Source: Octopus sinensis
Taxonomy: Eukaryota
Direction of reading: 5' to 3'
Assembly (NCBI RefSeq): GCF_006345805.1
Contig: NC_042999.1
Span: 1,922,001 to 1,986,000 of the forward strand
Length of the DNA: 64,000 bases
The position numbers were made by a program, and so were the translations under genes. The notes under the pieces were generated by a model. That model was not told the DNA's origin, did no database searches, and was given only the letters and a program-made list of their open reading frames with translations. This document shows positions 49,573 to 63,297 of this stretch, in pieces. Positions within the stretch are counted from its first letter, which is position 1. Each line of letters starts with the position of its first letter.

Positions 49573-50029
49573 CACATATATACTACGGGCTTCTTTCGAT
49601 TGTCAGGTGATGGCTAGGTGACAAACACACATACACACACACAAATATATACATATATACAATGGGCTTCTTTCAGTTTCCCTCTACCAAATCCAGTCAC
49701 AAGTGTTTGGTCAGCCCAAGGCTATAATAAAAGACACTTGCCTAAGGTGCCACACAATGGGACTGAACCCAGAACCATGTGGTTGGTAAGCAAGCTACTT
49801 ACCACACAGCCACTCCTGCACCTATACTGTATTAATAACATAACATATATCAGAGGAAGATGAAATTCATCACAGAAGCAGTTAGTGTGAACACCAAACG
49901 CATTTTGGCCCATCTGGGCCTTATCAATGATGTATACTTGCATGCTGTGACAAAATTTGCTGCATCTGATACAGGAAAAAGCGAATGATACATTCACTGA
50001 TGTATTTTAAGGGTCTGTGAATAGTCAAA

Positions 50030-50505
50030 TTCACCCGGTCTCATAGAAGGAATTGAAAGGTTACAAAGAACATTCACCAGTAAAATAACTTTGGTTAATG
50101 GCCTTAAATACTGGGAGTGCCTGAAAGCTCTGCATCTCTACTCTTTTGATTGCCAAAGAGAGAGATAAACTCTTATATACATATGGAAAATCCTGGAGGG
50201 GCATGTTCCAAACATTGGCATTAAAGCAAATTTTAATGCTTGAACTTGTAGGTACTGTCAGCTTCCAAATATACCATCTTCAAACTCACGAGCAAAAACA
50301 CTTTACTGCACCAGTCTAATATTCAGAGGTCCTCAAGTAGTCAACTGCTTACCCAAAGAGATTAGAAATATAAAAGGGACCTCTACTGAAACTTTCAAAA
50401 AGGCATTGCATGAATTCCTAATGACGATACCGGAACAACCAAACATTTAAGGATAAACTCAGGGGAGATAAGCAAAAACAAACTCAATCATCGACCCAAC
50501 TTTGA
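50030..50505 (+). pseudogene. Decayed CR1-clade LINE ORF2 C-terminus
   Basis: IERLQRTFTSKI...YWE.LK.L.LYS...RER..IY.WKILEG.VPN...RGPQV.N.LPKEIRN..FKK.L..FL..IPEQP. Confidence 0.85.
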
Positions 50506-50665
50506 ATCATAGAGTGACAAGGAAACTAAAAAAAAAAAAAAAAAAATTAAGGTTGTGCTCCAGTATGGCCACAGTCCAGTGAATGAAACCATTAAGAGAA
50601 CAAAAGAATATGTATTTATTGTAAAAAGCAGCTAGGTTTCTTTATCTAATGCTTTCATAGTTTAA

Positions 50666-50886
50666 CCCTTTCGTTACTGTATTTATTTTAAGATGCTCTG
50701 TGTTTCTTTCAATTACTTTAAATATAACAAAGAATTTAGTAAAATAACTTAGTTATCATTCAGCTAGCGTTAGGAACTTAAATTGTGAGTAAGGTTTGGT
50801 GGAAGATTTTAATTCAAAACTTATGAAAACAAGACATTTGCACTACAAAGCCAGAGGTGGTTTCAGCCAGGTTGGTAACAAAAGGG
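50666..50886. mobile_element. piggyBac-type MITE
   Basis: TTAA-ccctttcgttac ... gtaacaaaaggg-TTAA. Confidence 0.9.
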
Positions 50887-51099
50887 TTAATGTCTCCAGT
50901 CACTGAAACATGTTCTCTTAGAAAATGATATTGCAAACCTACAGAAGTGAATGTGTGCAAAACAATACAGGAATTTTGAAAGACATATCTATAAAACTAA
51001 TTCTTAAACATCAAATTCTTAAATAATATAGGAATTTCGAGTCAAGTACATGAACATGAACATCGAAATAAATATCAATGGAAATAGTAGTTGTGATAC

Positions 51100-51487
51100 C
51101 TGTGCCGGTGGCACATAAAAAGTACCATCCATACGTGGCCGTTGCCAGCGCTGCCTCGACTGGCTTCTGTGCCGGTGGCACATAAAAAGCATCATCCGAA
51201 CATGGCCGTTGCCAGCGCCGCCTTGGCTGGCTTTCGTGCCAGTGGCACGTTAAAAGCTCCAACCGATCGTGGCCGATGCCAGACCCCCCTGGCACCTGTG
51301 CAGGTGGCACGTAAAAAGCACCCACTACACTCGCGGAGTGGTTGGCGTTAGGAAGGGCATCCAGCTGTAGAAACTCTGCCAGATCAGACTGGAGCCTGGT
51401 GCAGCCCCTGGCTTCCCAGACCCCGGTTGAACCATCCAACCTGTGCTAGCGCGGAAAATGGACATTAAACGATGATGATGATGATGA
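51100..51487 (+). mobile_element. Family C retroposon with about 67-bp internal tandem modules
   Basis: gtgccggtggcac-(a/g)taaaaag repeated four times before the standard body; similar at 58856-59181. Confidence 0.85.
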
Positions 51488-52784
51488 TATCTAATTCTTA
51501 AGCATCAAATGGCTTTGGAAGACCACCAGAATAAAGTAGGAAGCAAAGTTCCATAGGTACAAGAAATGGTTGAGAAACACTGCTCTAAGACAAAGACACG
51601 ATGTAAATCAGTCAACAAAGTGCACAATGCCAACATCTCGGCCCCATTCTAAGCTCATTTCAATCATGTTGAAAATGTGTCATTGGCATTTCTGATTAAA
51701 CGAAATTGTGTCATTTTTATTCTTTTCAGATAAAAATGTGTCATCTTCATTTCTAATTAGATTAAAAAAAACACACACACACAGATAAGATGTCATTAAT
51801 CTCTAATTAGATGTAAATGTTTCTTGCAGTTCAGAATAAAAAATATTCCCTTAACAAAAGCAGTTTCATCAACAAAACAATAAAATATTTAACTTTTGTT
51901 TGCCAGGGGCAGCTTAGCCTGTATTACACAAGAAAGACGACCCGAAACCTGTAAAAACCATCGCTGCTTTAAGGGCAGGAATCTTCTCTAAAATTGTTAG
52001 AATGTGTTGTAATTTTGGTCACTAATCTAATTATTATTTGAAAATCAATATTCAATGATTTTCTTTTTATTTAAATTAAATCTATACACTGCTATAACAG
52101 CCAGGTAATTAGAAAATTCACTTGTTTTTGTGTTTAGATTAATTAATTATTTTAGCATTTTTGGTCATTTTTGTTTTTCTATAAATGAGAGAAATTTTGC
52201 AAGATTGCAAATTTGTTATAATGCTGAAGCAATTATTCTTAAAGACAAATGATCTTCAGACAGCTGACTGCTTCAGTACAAGCTAAGACCAAACTTTTGT
52301 TTTCAGAATAACAAAATGAAATGGAATCATTTGCCTGTCTTCCTAGGTAGTAAGGAATTCTTAGAGAGGGCTGCACAGAAGTTTTCAGGAGAGACTTCAG
52401 AGAAGGATACCCCTCTAATATTACATTCCATGTTACTGTTTTTGTTGTAACCTGCGCCTTCCTGGGTCATTACAATACCCCCAGAACCAAGGTACCCTGA
52501 TTGTCATATCCACTTTTGTCTGAGACACCAGTTGAATGTTGGGTAAATTGTGCCTATCGAAATTCATTCCCATAATACAATGGTTTAAAATTCTGGCACA
52601 AGGCCAGCAAGTTTGAAAGAGGGGAAATTCAATTGCACCAACCCCAGTTCTCAACTGGTACTTATTTTATCAACCTTGAAAAGATGAAAAGCAAAGTTGG
52701 CCTTGGTGGAATTTGAACTCAGAACATAAAAGACAGGTGAAATGCATCTAACCATTTTGCTTGGTACAGTAATGATTTGGCCAA

Positions 52785-53001
52785 TACGTGGTCTGACCAA
52801 TAAATATCTGATCTGTTGCCATAGTAACGAAGCTAAAGCATAGAAAGTGAAGCCACTTGGAAAAGATTGACCTTGAACTCTGCTGTGCATGTGCACTAAA
52901 TTTTAACACTTTAGCTCAATTCCAAGTATGTGATCATTGCAGTGACCATGACAGAGAAAGTTGAGCAGAGAATCTGCATCAAATTTTTTCAAAAGCATGG
53001 C
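52785..53001 (+). pseudogene. Second mariner 5' fragment, cut by a SINE
   Basis: TIR tacgtggtctgaccaataaat; MTEKVEQRICIKFFQKHG. Confidence 0.85.
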
Positions 53002-53005
53002 TCAG

Positions 53006-53380
53006 GAGTGGCTGTGTGGTAAGTAGCTTGCTTACCAGCCACATGGTCCTGGGTTCAGTCCCACTGCGTGGCACCTTGGACAAGTGTCTTCTACCACAAC
53101 CTCGGGCCAACCAAAGATGGAAACTGAAAGAAGCCTGTCATATATATGTATATATATATATATGTGTGTGTGTTTGTGCGTCTGTGTTTGTCCCCTCAAC
53201 ATCACCTGACAACCAATGCTGATGTGTTTACATCCCCGTAACTTAATGGTTCTGCAAAAGAGACTAATAGAATAAGTACTAGGCTTACAAAGAATAAGTC
53301 CTGGGGTCAATTTGCTCGACTAAAGGCGGTGCTCCAGCATGGCCACAGTCAAATGACTGAAACAAGTAAAAGAGTAAACA
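53006..53380 (+). mobile_element. SINE family A
   Basis: As above. Confidence 0.9.
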
Positions 53381-53424
53381 GTAAGAGTATGTCTATAAAA
53401 GGTTTTATCTTGGATGAAAACTGC

Positions 53425-53928
53425 TTCAGCCTACCTGTTGATGACGTACACACACACTCACATATATATTTAGTACAGTACATAGATGGCATTTTATTAT
53501 TGCATACTTGTAAGAACCGTCTTCTGGTTCATTCTTTTTTACTTTAGAAGAAATTTTTTTCTGGTATTTCTATAAAAACATTTGCAAATAAATTCAGCCT
53601 ACCTGTTGATGACGTACACACACACTCACATATATATTTAGTACAGTACATAGATGGCATTTTATTATTGCATACTTGTAAGAACTGTCTTCTGGTTCAT
53701 TCTTTTTTACTTTAGAAGAAATTTTTTTCTGGTATTTCTATAAAAACATTTGCAAATAAATTCAGCCTACCTGTTGATGACGTACACACACACTCACATA
53801 TATATTTAGTACAGTACATAGATGGCATTTTATTATTGCATGTTTGTAAGGACCATCTTCTGGTTCATTCTTTTTTACTTTGGAAGCAATTTTTTTCTGG
53901 TATTTCTATAAAAACATTTGCAAATAAA
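53425..53928 (+). repeat. Three tandem copies of a 168-bp unit
   Basis: Units start with ttcagcctacctgttgatgacg at 53425, 53593 and 53761; each ends in aataaa. Confidence 0.95.
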
Positions 53929-55467
53929 ATTTTCTGCAGATTAGTGTACTTATTCATGTACAAGCCATAACACTATTCTAGCACTAAATCTTGGGGCAAA
54001 ATTATTTACCCTTCATCATTTTTGCTTTCCCCCATTTATAGCTAACAGCCCAGTTTTTTTCAGTTAAAATCAGGTATAAAGTGCTTCTTACATACAAGTA
54101 AATACAGTAATTCACAATATTACAAGAATTAATCAAATTGAATGAATGACATGTCTTGAACTCCCTATGCAGTCGTTGGTATTGAATAAATAAATGGGCG
54201 AGAGATATCCAATAACACCTTCACTGATATTAAGAGAGAATGCTGGAATCGGCAAAGTTATACATTGTACTATCGTTTTGTATAATTCTCAAAGTTACTT
54301 TAAATAAATACATATTTATATTCACTTTCCTGATATTTAATTCGTGATTGCTAGTAAATGGTTTTAATACACAGGCGACCAATAAAGAGATTAGGATTAT
54401 CTAAGCAGGTAATTATCTGTGCGGTATTTGTCATATCAGCTATGTTATTTCTTACAGAAAATACAACAGGTACTTAAAAGCATTTTCCGTTCCAGATTGA
54501 AATACTGAAAGCATTGCAAGTGATTGTATTACAACTGAGACATGATTTAGTTACAAGATCGTGTTTGCTTTATGTGGATGCTGAGTGGTGCCTTTAGCAG
54601 TTGAAATGATAAATAGTTCTCATGGGTTCTCACTGAATAATGTGTCTCAGGAACAAAATATTTAACAGTTCGTACATTTTGAGAAATTTATGTGTGTGGG
54701 CGCTTGTATATGTACATGACAAAATTTTAAGCTCAAACAAAGGATACATATTTACACGTTCTTTGAGACAGTGAGACCCCTTGAGAGAGTAGAGTGACAG
54801 AGATCTTTAGAGAGATGGTGAGAGAGAAAGAATATGGCAGAGAACTGGAGAGAGAAAGAATAGGACAAAGAACTTTAGAGAGAGACAAACAGAGAGAACA
54901 TGAATAAACGGTAAAGCTAAAGAAATATAAGTATTAATATGCACACTGGCATACGGAAGCAAGTGGTTTTGACACCTGAAGACACAAGAGATTTCAGAGC
55001 GACCTATTTACTCAACAGCAATACCAGTGGCTCCTCCTAGATCCATTTCTGACACCGATCTGGTGCAGAAGTGTCGATGTGAATTTTATTGGCATTTAGT
55101 CAAGTGTTATTTATTTTATTGTATTTATGTCATAATAGGTGAACAATGGCATTATTAGTTGGAGATTTCCAGCAGACTAGTCACTGTTTATTCCATTTCC
55201 AAAAGTGAAAGTGACAAGGGAGTGTCTGTGTAAATTGGGGCAGAACAAATGTCACGAGTAACTTCTCACAAAAAACACACACCTTTCGATTTTCTCACCA
55301 ATGTTGATATAACTTGCTAATATATAACAATATACACACAATCAATGATGGGCTTCTTCACAGTTTCCCATTGAATTTTAGTTTTTGTCCTAACAGAGTA
55401 ATAATAATAATAATAATAATAATTATTATTATTATTATTATTATTATTATTTATTATTATTATTATT

Positions 55468-55627
55468 AGGAGTAGCTGTGTGGAAAGTAGCTTGCTAACA
55501 AGCCACATGGTTCTGGATTCAGTCCTACTGCGTGGCACCTTGGGCAAGTGTTTTCAACTATAGCCTTGGGCCAACCAAAGCCTTGTGAGTAGATTTGGTA
55601 GATGGAAACTGAAAGAAGCCCATCATA

Positions 55628-55659
<32 letters not shown>

Positions 55660-55885
55660 CATGTGTGTGTTTGTGTGTCTGTTTTTGTCCCCCCCCCCCA
55701 CATCACTTGACAACCGATTCTGGTGTGTTTGCATCACAGTAACTTAGCGGTTCGGCAAAAGAGATCAATAGAATAAGTACTAGGCTTCCAAAGAATAAAT
55801 CCTGGGGTCGATTTGCTCGACTAAAAGCCAGTACTCCAGCATGGCCACAGTCAAATGACTGAAACAAGTAAAAGAGTAAAAGAGT
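55468..55885 (+). mobile_element. SINE family A
   Basis: As above. Confidence 0.9.
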
Positions 55886-56139
55886 ACCAGAGCAGGAGGA
55901 GGAGGGGGAGCTCTTAAGTCAACAACACCCCACCCCACTTCCCTCCAAATTAATAGCCTTGAACCAATGTTAAACATCAAATTTTATTGTTAAACAAGAT
56001 GAGGATGAAAGGAACTGTATTTCGTAACAATGCAATCGTTGGCAAATCATTGTTCGTTGACAGCAGACATATTTTTTGAACTGGCGAAATTCCAGGGACT
56101 CAAACCAGTAGAACATCATACACACACACGCATTCTGTT

Positions 56140-56350
56140 CTTTTAGCCTTTTACTTGTTTCAGTCACTTAACTGTGGCCATGCTGGAGAATCACCTTTAC
56201 GCGAGCAAATCGACCCCAGGACTTATTCTTTGTAAGCCTGGTACTTATTCTATCGGCCCCTTTTGTTACGGGGATGTAAACACACCAACATCGGTTATGA
56301 AGTGATGAGGGGGCAGACAAATACAGACACAAAGATACACGCATAAAAAT

Positions 56351-56393
<43 letters not shown>

Positions 56394-56530
56394 CAACAGG
56401 CTTCTTTTGGTTTCTGTCAACCAAATCCACTCACGAGGCTATAGAAGAAGACACTTACCCAAGGTGCCACGCAGTGGGACTGAACCCGGAACCATGTGAT
56501 TAGGAAGCAAGCTTCTTACCACACAGCCAC
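56140..56530 (-). mobile_element. SINE family A
   Basis: As above. Confidence 0.88.
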
Positions 56531-57410
56531 AAAGCACCTAATACATTTCTTCCTTGCTTCTCTGCTGTGCCTTCCTCTTGTTACTAGTTCTCCCTCCTGT
56601 CATATCCCTTGCCCTATCACCCCCAATCTATACCAACCCTTCTGTCCTAGACATGACCCTACACTCTTTATACTTTGATAGAGATTATTTATGTATTCAT
56701 TTCACAGGCATGGCTGTATGGTTTACAAAGTCTGTTTTGCATCTGTGTGCTTTGGGTTCAGTCCCACTACACAACACCTTGGCCAAGTGTCTCCTACAAT
56801 AACCCTGGACTGACCTATGCCATAAGAATAAATAAGGTAATTGGAAACTATATGGAAGCCTGTCATACATACATACATACACATACATACATACACACAT
56901 ACGCATACATGCATACATAACAAAGTAGGGAGACAAGCCCAGGTCGATATCAGTTCAGTCTCAAATTTGGTTCTGACCACACGTAGTATTAATTCCAGTA
57001 AAAATGCTTAATGTAGTAGGTCCCGAGAAAATGTAATAAGGTAGACTATGGAAACATATAATAATCCATTATTTATTTATCCATATAAATAAATAATTTT
57101 CCTACATATGTTTCTGCTTAATTACTAAGAGTATATCTATTTTGATTAGTTAATTAAATAAATAAATTAATAATTAAATAATTATCAATACAATGCATTT
57201 AGTAAAAATGCTTCTTCAGGGATTCAAGCGAAATTCCTAGGTAGACCATTTAAAAATATTTACAATCTAAATCATTAAAATCATTATTACCAATATTAGA
57301 GTTTATATCTTTTTATAGTATAATTACATTATCTCACAATCCAAATAAATTTTTAATATGTTGATTGCTTTTCTCTATTTCATTTAATATTTATACATAC
57401 AGACACATGC

Positions 57411-57508
<98 letters not shown>

Positions 57509-57594
57509 GTATGTATATATATATATATATTATATATATATATATATATATGTATATGTTTATATATATGTATATATTTATATATTGTCTTGGC

Positions 57595-57968
57595 ACTCTG
57601 TCGATTACGACAATGAGGGTTCCAGTCGATCTGATCAACGGAACAGCCTGCTCATGAAATTAAAGTTCAAGTGACTGAGCACTCCACAGACAAGTGTACC
57701 CTTAATGTAGTTTTCAGGGAGATTCAGCGTCACACTGAGTGTGACAAAGCTGGCCCTTTGGAATAGAGGTACAACAGAAACAGGAAGAAAGAGTGAGAGA
57801 AAGTTGTGGTGAAAGAGTACAGAAGGGGCTGAGACCACCCCCTGCCAGAGCCTTGTGGAGCTTTAGATGTTTTTACTCAATAAACACTCACAACACCCAG
57901 TCTGGGAATTGAAACAGCGATTCTACGACCTCGAGTCTGCTGCCCTAACCACTAGGCCATTGCACCTC
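57595..57968 (-). mobile_element. SINE family D
   Basis: Reverse complement of the 37086 copy. Confidence 0.88.
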
Positions 57969-58855
57969 AGTTTTTGTCTTTGCAATAGAAAATATAAAAT
58001 TGCTATTCTTTTGTACGAAATTCAGAGACAGATTTACTGCAGAAGTTGCAGTGAATGGTGTCAAAGCACTTTTAGCTTTCTTCTTCAGGAGAAATGTTTG
58101 ATAAACTATTTTAGGTAAACACCTAAGGCTATCTAAGACTCAATCCATGTTTGTTCTTATCAGTTTTAGGCTAAAACTATATCTTGTTTTATAGTTTTGA
58201 ATTTGAGAAAGTAGTTGCCTAAATATCTTCATTTTGTCACTGCCTGAAGACATCAACGTACTAATGAGCTGCCTTAGGCTTTAGCAATACAAAAATATGA
58301 CCAAATTCAACTGATTTCTCTTTGATTTTCATATTTTTGCTGTCACAAGAAATTTTCACAACTTTCTGCCTATTTATCAACCATCAACACATCAAGTACC
58401 ATCCATATCATTATAGAGTATCTCGCTTTTCTGAAAATAAAAGCTTTTCATCAGTTTGTTGGCCCTAATTCTTCAAGTGTTTACTGAATTGAAATCAAAT
58501 TTTTTAAAGAGGATACTCAAAGTGTTTAACTTTCTCCTATGCTAATTTATATTTTATGAATATTTGTGGGGTTTTTTTTAATTAATTCTTTCTATATTTA
58601 ATGCATAAAGCTTTCAGAATTTTAATAATATTGATTATAAAGAATGTTGTTTTTTATTTTTATTTCCTTATTTTTTATTTTTCTCTCGGGAATGACAGTT
58701 CACCGAATTAGAAGACATTCAGTATTTAATCAAAGCCTTTATTTTTATATTTATTTTTTCTTAATTTTTTTCTTGAGCCCAACAAAACACTGGTCAACTA
58801 CAGGGCTCAACAATTTTGAGAAGATGGGTAGAGTTAATTATATGTGGTCAATGTC

Positions 58856-59181
58856 AGTGCCAGTGGCATATAAAAAGCACCATTCAAGCAGGGTCAATGC
58901 CAGCATCGCCTGACTGGCTCCTGTTCCGGTGGCACATAAAAAGCAGTATTCGAGCATGATCACTACCAGTGTCGCCCGACTGGATCCCGTGCAGGTGGCA
59001 TGGCACATAAAAAACATCCCTCACACTCTCAGAGTGGTAGGCATTAGGAAGGGCATCCAGCTGTAGAAACCTTTCCAGATCAGTTTGGAGCCTGGTGCAA
59101 CTTCCTAACTTGCTGGTCCTCAGTCAAACCGTCCAACCCATGCCAGCATGGAAAGTGGATATTAAACGATGCTGATGATGA
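58856..59181 (+). mobile_element. Family C retroposon with tandem modules
   Basis: As at 51100. Confidence 0.82.
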
Positions 59182-60529
59182 ATACATATTCTATCAACCT
59201 TAATAGGATGAAAGGTGAAGTTGACCTCAGCAGGATTTGACCTCAAAACATTAAAAAAAAAACAGAAAAAATTCTGCTAAACATTTTGTCCAAAGTGTTA
59301 ATAATTCTGCTAGCCTTCCACCTTTATCTTCTATGGTCTAAACTCAAATAAAAACAAGGTTGAATTGTTATTCATCTCCTTAGAGTCAAATGGAAATACA
59401 AAATGCTAGTTGTGATACAGTATTCTAAACACTTCAACTGTTAATGGTTTCATACTTTGACAAATGAAAATTCCTTGTGTGAACGTATGGAATTTGCTTA
59501 ATTCGTTAAAAACCAATGGCAGAGATTTTGGCCAACTTGAATAAGAATTTCTTATTTCCAGGAATGACAAAATAACTATAAAGGTATCTGGATACCAAAT
59601 GACATATGGGGCAAGGCACAAAGAAAACATGAAGTACACAAGTGCAGAGCCAACCCCTTGTTTCCAGTGCCAACAGACCCCCTAGTGCCTCACCTACAAG
59701 AGAGCCTCCTCAGTATGCATTGAAGCCATTCAAGAATTTGGACCTGGAGATTTCCATTTCCAGCGACTTCAAAGGCCACTTCCCAGTGGTATCAGGCGTC
59801 AACGAAGAGCCCTCGACTACAACAAGACAACCAAAGTTTTTTTTTTTCCAAGGTCTGGGGTCTCCCACCCCTAAGCCCTAGAATATCACCTAATCACCCT
59901 TACCAATCTTGTTGCTTAACAACAACAACAACAACAACAGCATGCATTGAACTGAACGGCCACAGGCAGACACATTGTGCTCCATCTTCTTCTCCTATGT
60001 AATGTCCTTGGTCACTGTTGACCCCTAACATATGTACTACTACAACTAATAAAGATTATGTTCCAAAATGAAAGCCCACGTCCTACACGTAGGTATCTGA
60101 AAATATCAGCAAGAATACACATTTTCAAGGAAAAGATAAGAAACTATGCAACTTTGGCTGATAAAATTTTTTCAGTTCTTCAAAATACAAAATAAACAAA
60201 GAATGTTCTATAGCCACAAGCTCTGCAACAGACATTGGAAAATGTTGCTGATTAGAAAAATAATTTGTTTACAGTAATTATGTAAAATAGTGCAATTTTT
60301 GGAAAACCAAAAAGTACGTTTACCCAGAAGATAAAAACAAAAGTTTGTAAAATTTTTAGATTCTAAGAATGTTTGGGTTTTTGTTTTTTGCTTTTAAATT
60401 ATTATTTTTATTGTTATATTTCGGAATGGTCATATTGCCAGTTTAGCCAATAAAAACACACGCACTATATATTTGGTGTTATTTTGCTTCAGTGATATTT
60501 ATTTTTTACATTAATCTTAATCTTATTTC

Positions 60530-60574
60530 GGCCAAAGTTCTTTCGTCACACTCCTGTGACCGCATCAGTGGTCC
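60530..60574 (-). ncRNA. Type-I hammerhead motif (fourth independent family, one core mutation)
   Basis: Reverse complement ggacca-CTGATGC-g-gtcac-aggagt-gtgac-GAAAG-aa-CTT-tggcc; perfect 5-bp stem II; stem I GGACCA/TGG(-)CC. Confidence 0.6.
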
Positions 60575-61044
60575 TTTGTTTTCTTCTCACTTACTTGTGT
60601 CTCTCCTTACTAACCGTCAGCCATTTTATATTTCTATTGTATGTCTTCATTTGCGCATGTTTATATCTCTATGTGCGTCTATGTTTATTTAGTGTGTGTG
60701 TGGGGGGGATGCCTGTAATATTTGTATCTTCTGGTTATATACATTCTTGTAATTTGTATTTTGTTTTTGTTGTTGTTGCTTTTGTTCTAATTTTGTTCAT
60801 GTGTTTACATCCACCCATTATTATCATTACATATGCTTGTATGTATGTATCACAACAATATTAGTAATAATAATAATAAATCTAATCGAAAAAAAATTAT
60901 TTTTATGTTACACATTTGGTTCAGAAGCTCAACTTGAACCATTATCTTCTGAATTACTTCTGTGTAGAGATCAACTTTCCAGAACCAGCAGAAGATCTTT
61001 TATATGAAGCAGTATGCCATCAACATGCTAAATGTAAGTGGTTG

Positions 61045-61420
61045 TATTTATTTAGTCACACACAGACACACACACACGTGCACACACAGACACACACACA
61101 CGTGCACACACAGGCACAAACACACACAGACACAGACACACACACACACACAGATACGAGCACACACACACATGCACACACAAACACATACAAACACACA
61201 CACATGCACATACAGACACAGACACATACAAACACACACATACACACACACCTGCACACACAGACACATAAACGCAGACACACACACACATGCAGACACA
61301 AACACACACAGACACATACAAACACACACGCACACACACGTGCACACACAGACACAAACACATACACACACACACACACCACACACACACACACACACAT
61401 ACGTGCACACACAGACACAA
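61045..61420. repeat. (CA)-rich compound microsatellite
   Basis: Directly visible. Confidence 0.95.
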
Positions 61421-61534
61421 CCGTTTTCTTTCGGTTTCTGTCTACCAAATCCCCTCACAAGATTTTGGTTTTCTTTGAACTCTAGTAGAAGACACTTCAC
61501 CAAAGGTTTCATGCTGTGGAAGTGAACCTACTGT

Positions 61535-61995
61535 ATACGTATGTATGTATGTATGCATGTCTGTCTGTATGTATGTATGTATGTATGTATGTATGTATGT
61601 ATGTATGTATGTATGCATGCATGTATGCATGTATGTGTGTATGTATGTATGTATGTATGCATGTATGTATGTATGTATGTATGTATGTATGCATGTATGT
61701 ATGTATGTATGTATGTATGTATGCATGCATGTATGTATGTATGCATGTATGTATGTATGTGTGTATGTATGTATGTATGTATGTATGCATGTATGTATGT
61801 ATGTATGTATGTATGTATGTATGTATGTATGTATGCATGTATGTATGTAAGTGTGTATGTATGTATGTATGTATGTATGCATGTATGTATGTATGTATGT
61901 ATGTATGCATGTATGTATGTATGTATGTATGTATGTATGCATGCATGTATGTATGTATGTATGTATATATGTATGCATGTGTGTATGTATGTATG

Positions 61996-62026
<31 letters not shown>

Positions 62027-62437
62027 GTATGTATGTATGTATGTATGTATGTATGTATGTATGTATGTATGTATGTATGTATGTATGTATGTATGGTATG
62101 TATGTATGTATGTATGTATGTATGTATGCATGTATGTAGTATGCATGTCTGTCTGTATGTATGTATGTATGTATGTATGTATGTATGTATGTATGTATGT
62201 ATGATGTATGCATGTCTGTCTGTATGTATGTATGTATGCATGCATGTATGTCATGTATGTATGTATGTATGTATGCATGTATGTATGTATGTATGTATGT
62301 AATGTATGTATTGTATGCATGTATTGTATGTAAGTATGTATGTATGTATGTTAGTATGTATGTATGTATGTATGTATTATGTATGTATGTATGCATGCAT
62401 GCATGTATGTATGTATGTATGTATGTATGTATGTATG

Positions 62438-62468
<31 letters not shown>

Positions 62469-63266
62469 TGCATGCATGCATGCATGCATGTATGTATGTA
62501 TGCATGCATGCATGCATGTATGTATGTATGTATGTATGTATGCATGCATGCATGCATGTATGTATGTATGTATGTATGTATGTATGTATGTATGTATGTA
62601 TGTATGCATGCATGCATGTCTGTATGTATGTATGTATGTATGCATGCATGTATGCATGCATGCTGCATGCATGGCATTTGTATGTATGTATGATGTATGT
62701 ATGTATGTATGTATGATGCATGCATGCATGCATGCATGCATGTATGTATGTATGTTATGTATGTATGTATGTATTATGCATGCATGCATGCATGTCTGCA
62801 TGTATGTATGTATGTATGTATGTATGTATGTATGTATGTATGCATGCATGCATGCATGCATGCATGTATGTATGTATGTATGTATGTATGTATGTATGTA
62901 TGTATGCATGCATGCATGTATGTATGTATGTATGTATGTATGCATGCATGCATGCATGCATGCATGCATGTATGTATGTATGTATGTATGTATGTATGTA
63001 TGCATGCATGCATGCATGTATGTATGTATGTATGTATGTATGTATGTATGTATGTATGCATGCATGCATGTCTGTATGTATGTATGTATGTATGTATGTA
63101 TGTATGTATGCATGTATGTATGCATGCATGTATGTACGTACGTATGTATGTATGTATGTATGCATGCATGCATTTTGTATGTATGTATGTATGTATGTTA
63201 TGTAATTATGTATGTATGTATGCATGCATGCATGCATGTCTGTCTGTATGTATGTATGTATGTATG

Positions 63267-63297
<31 letters not shown>

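Noticed and set aside
51105-51240. HDV-like ribozyme resemblance in family C modules (CCAG..CCTCG..CTGGC..GCCGG..TGG)
   Set aside because: P3 and P1' are not adjacent as the nested double pseudoknot requires, and variant modules keep only simple hairpins.
59642-59881. 79-aa ORF and an alternative Cys-containing frame as a transposase or gene fragment
   Set aside because: No recognisable motif or splice structure; it needs a homology search.
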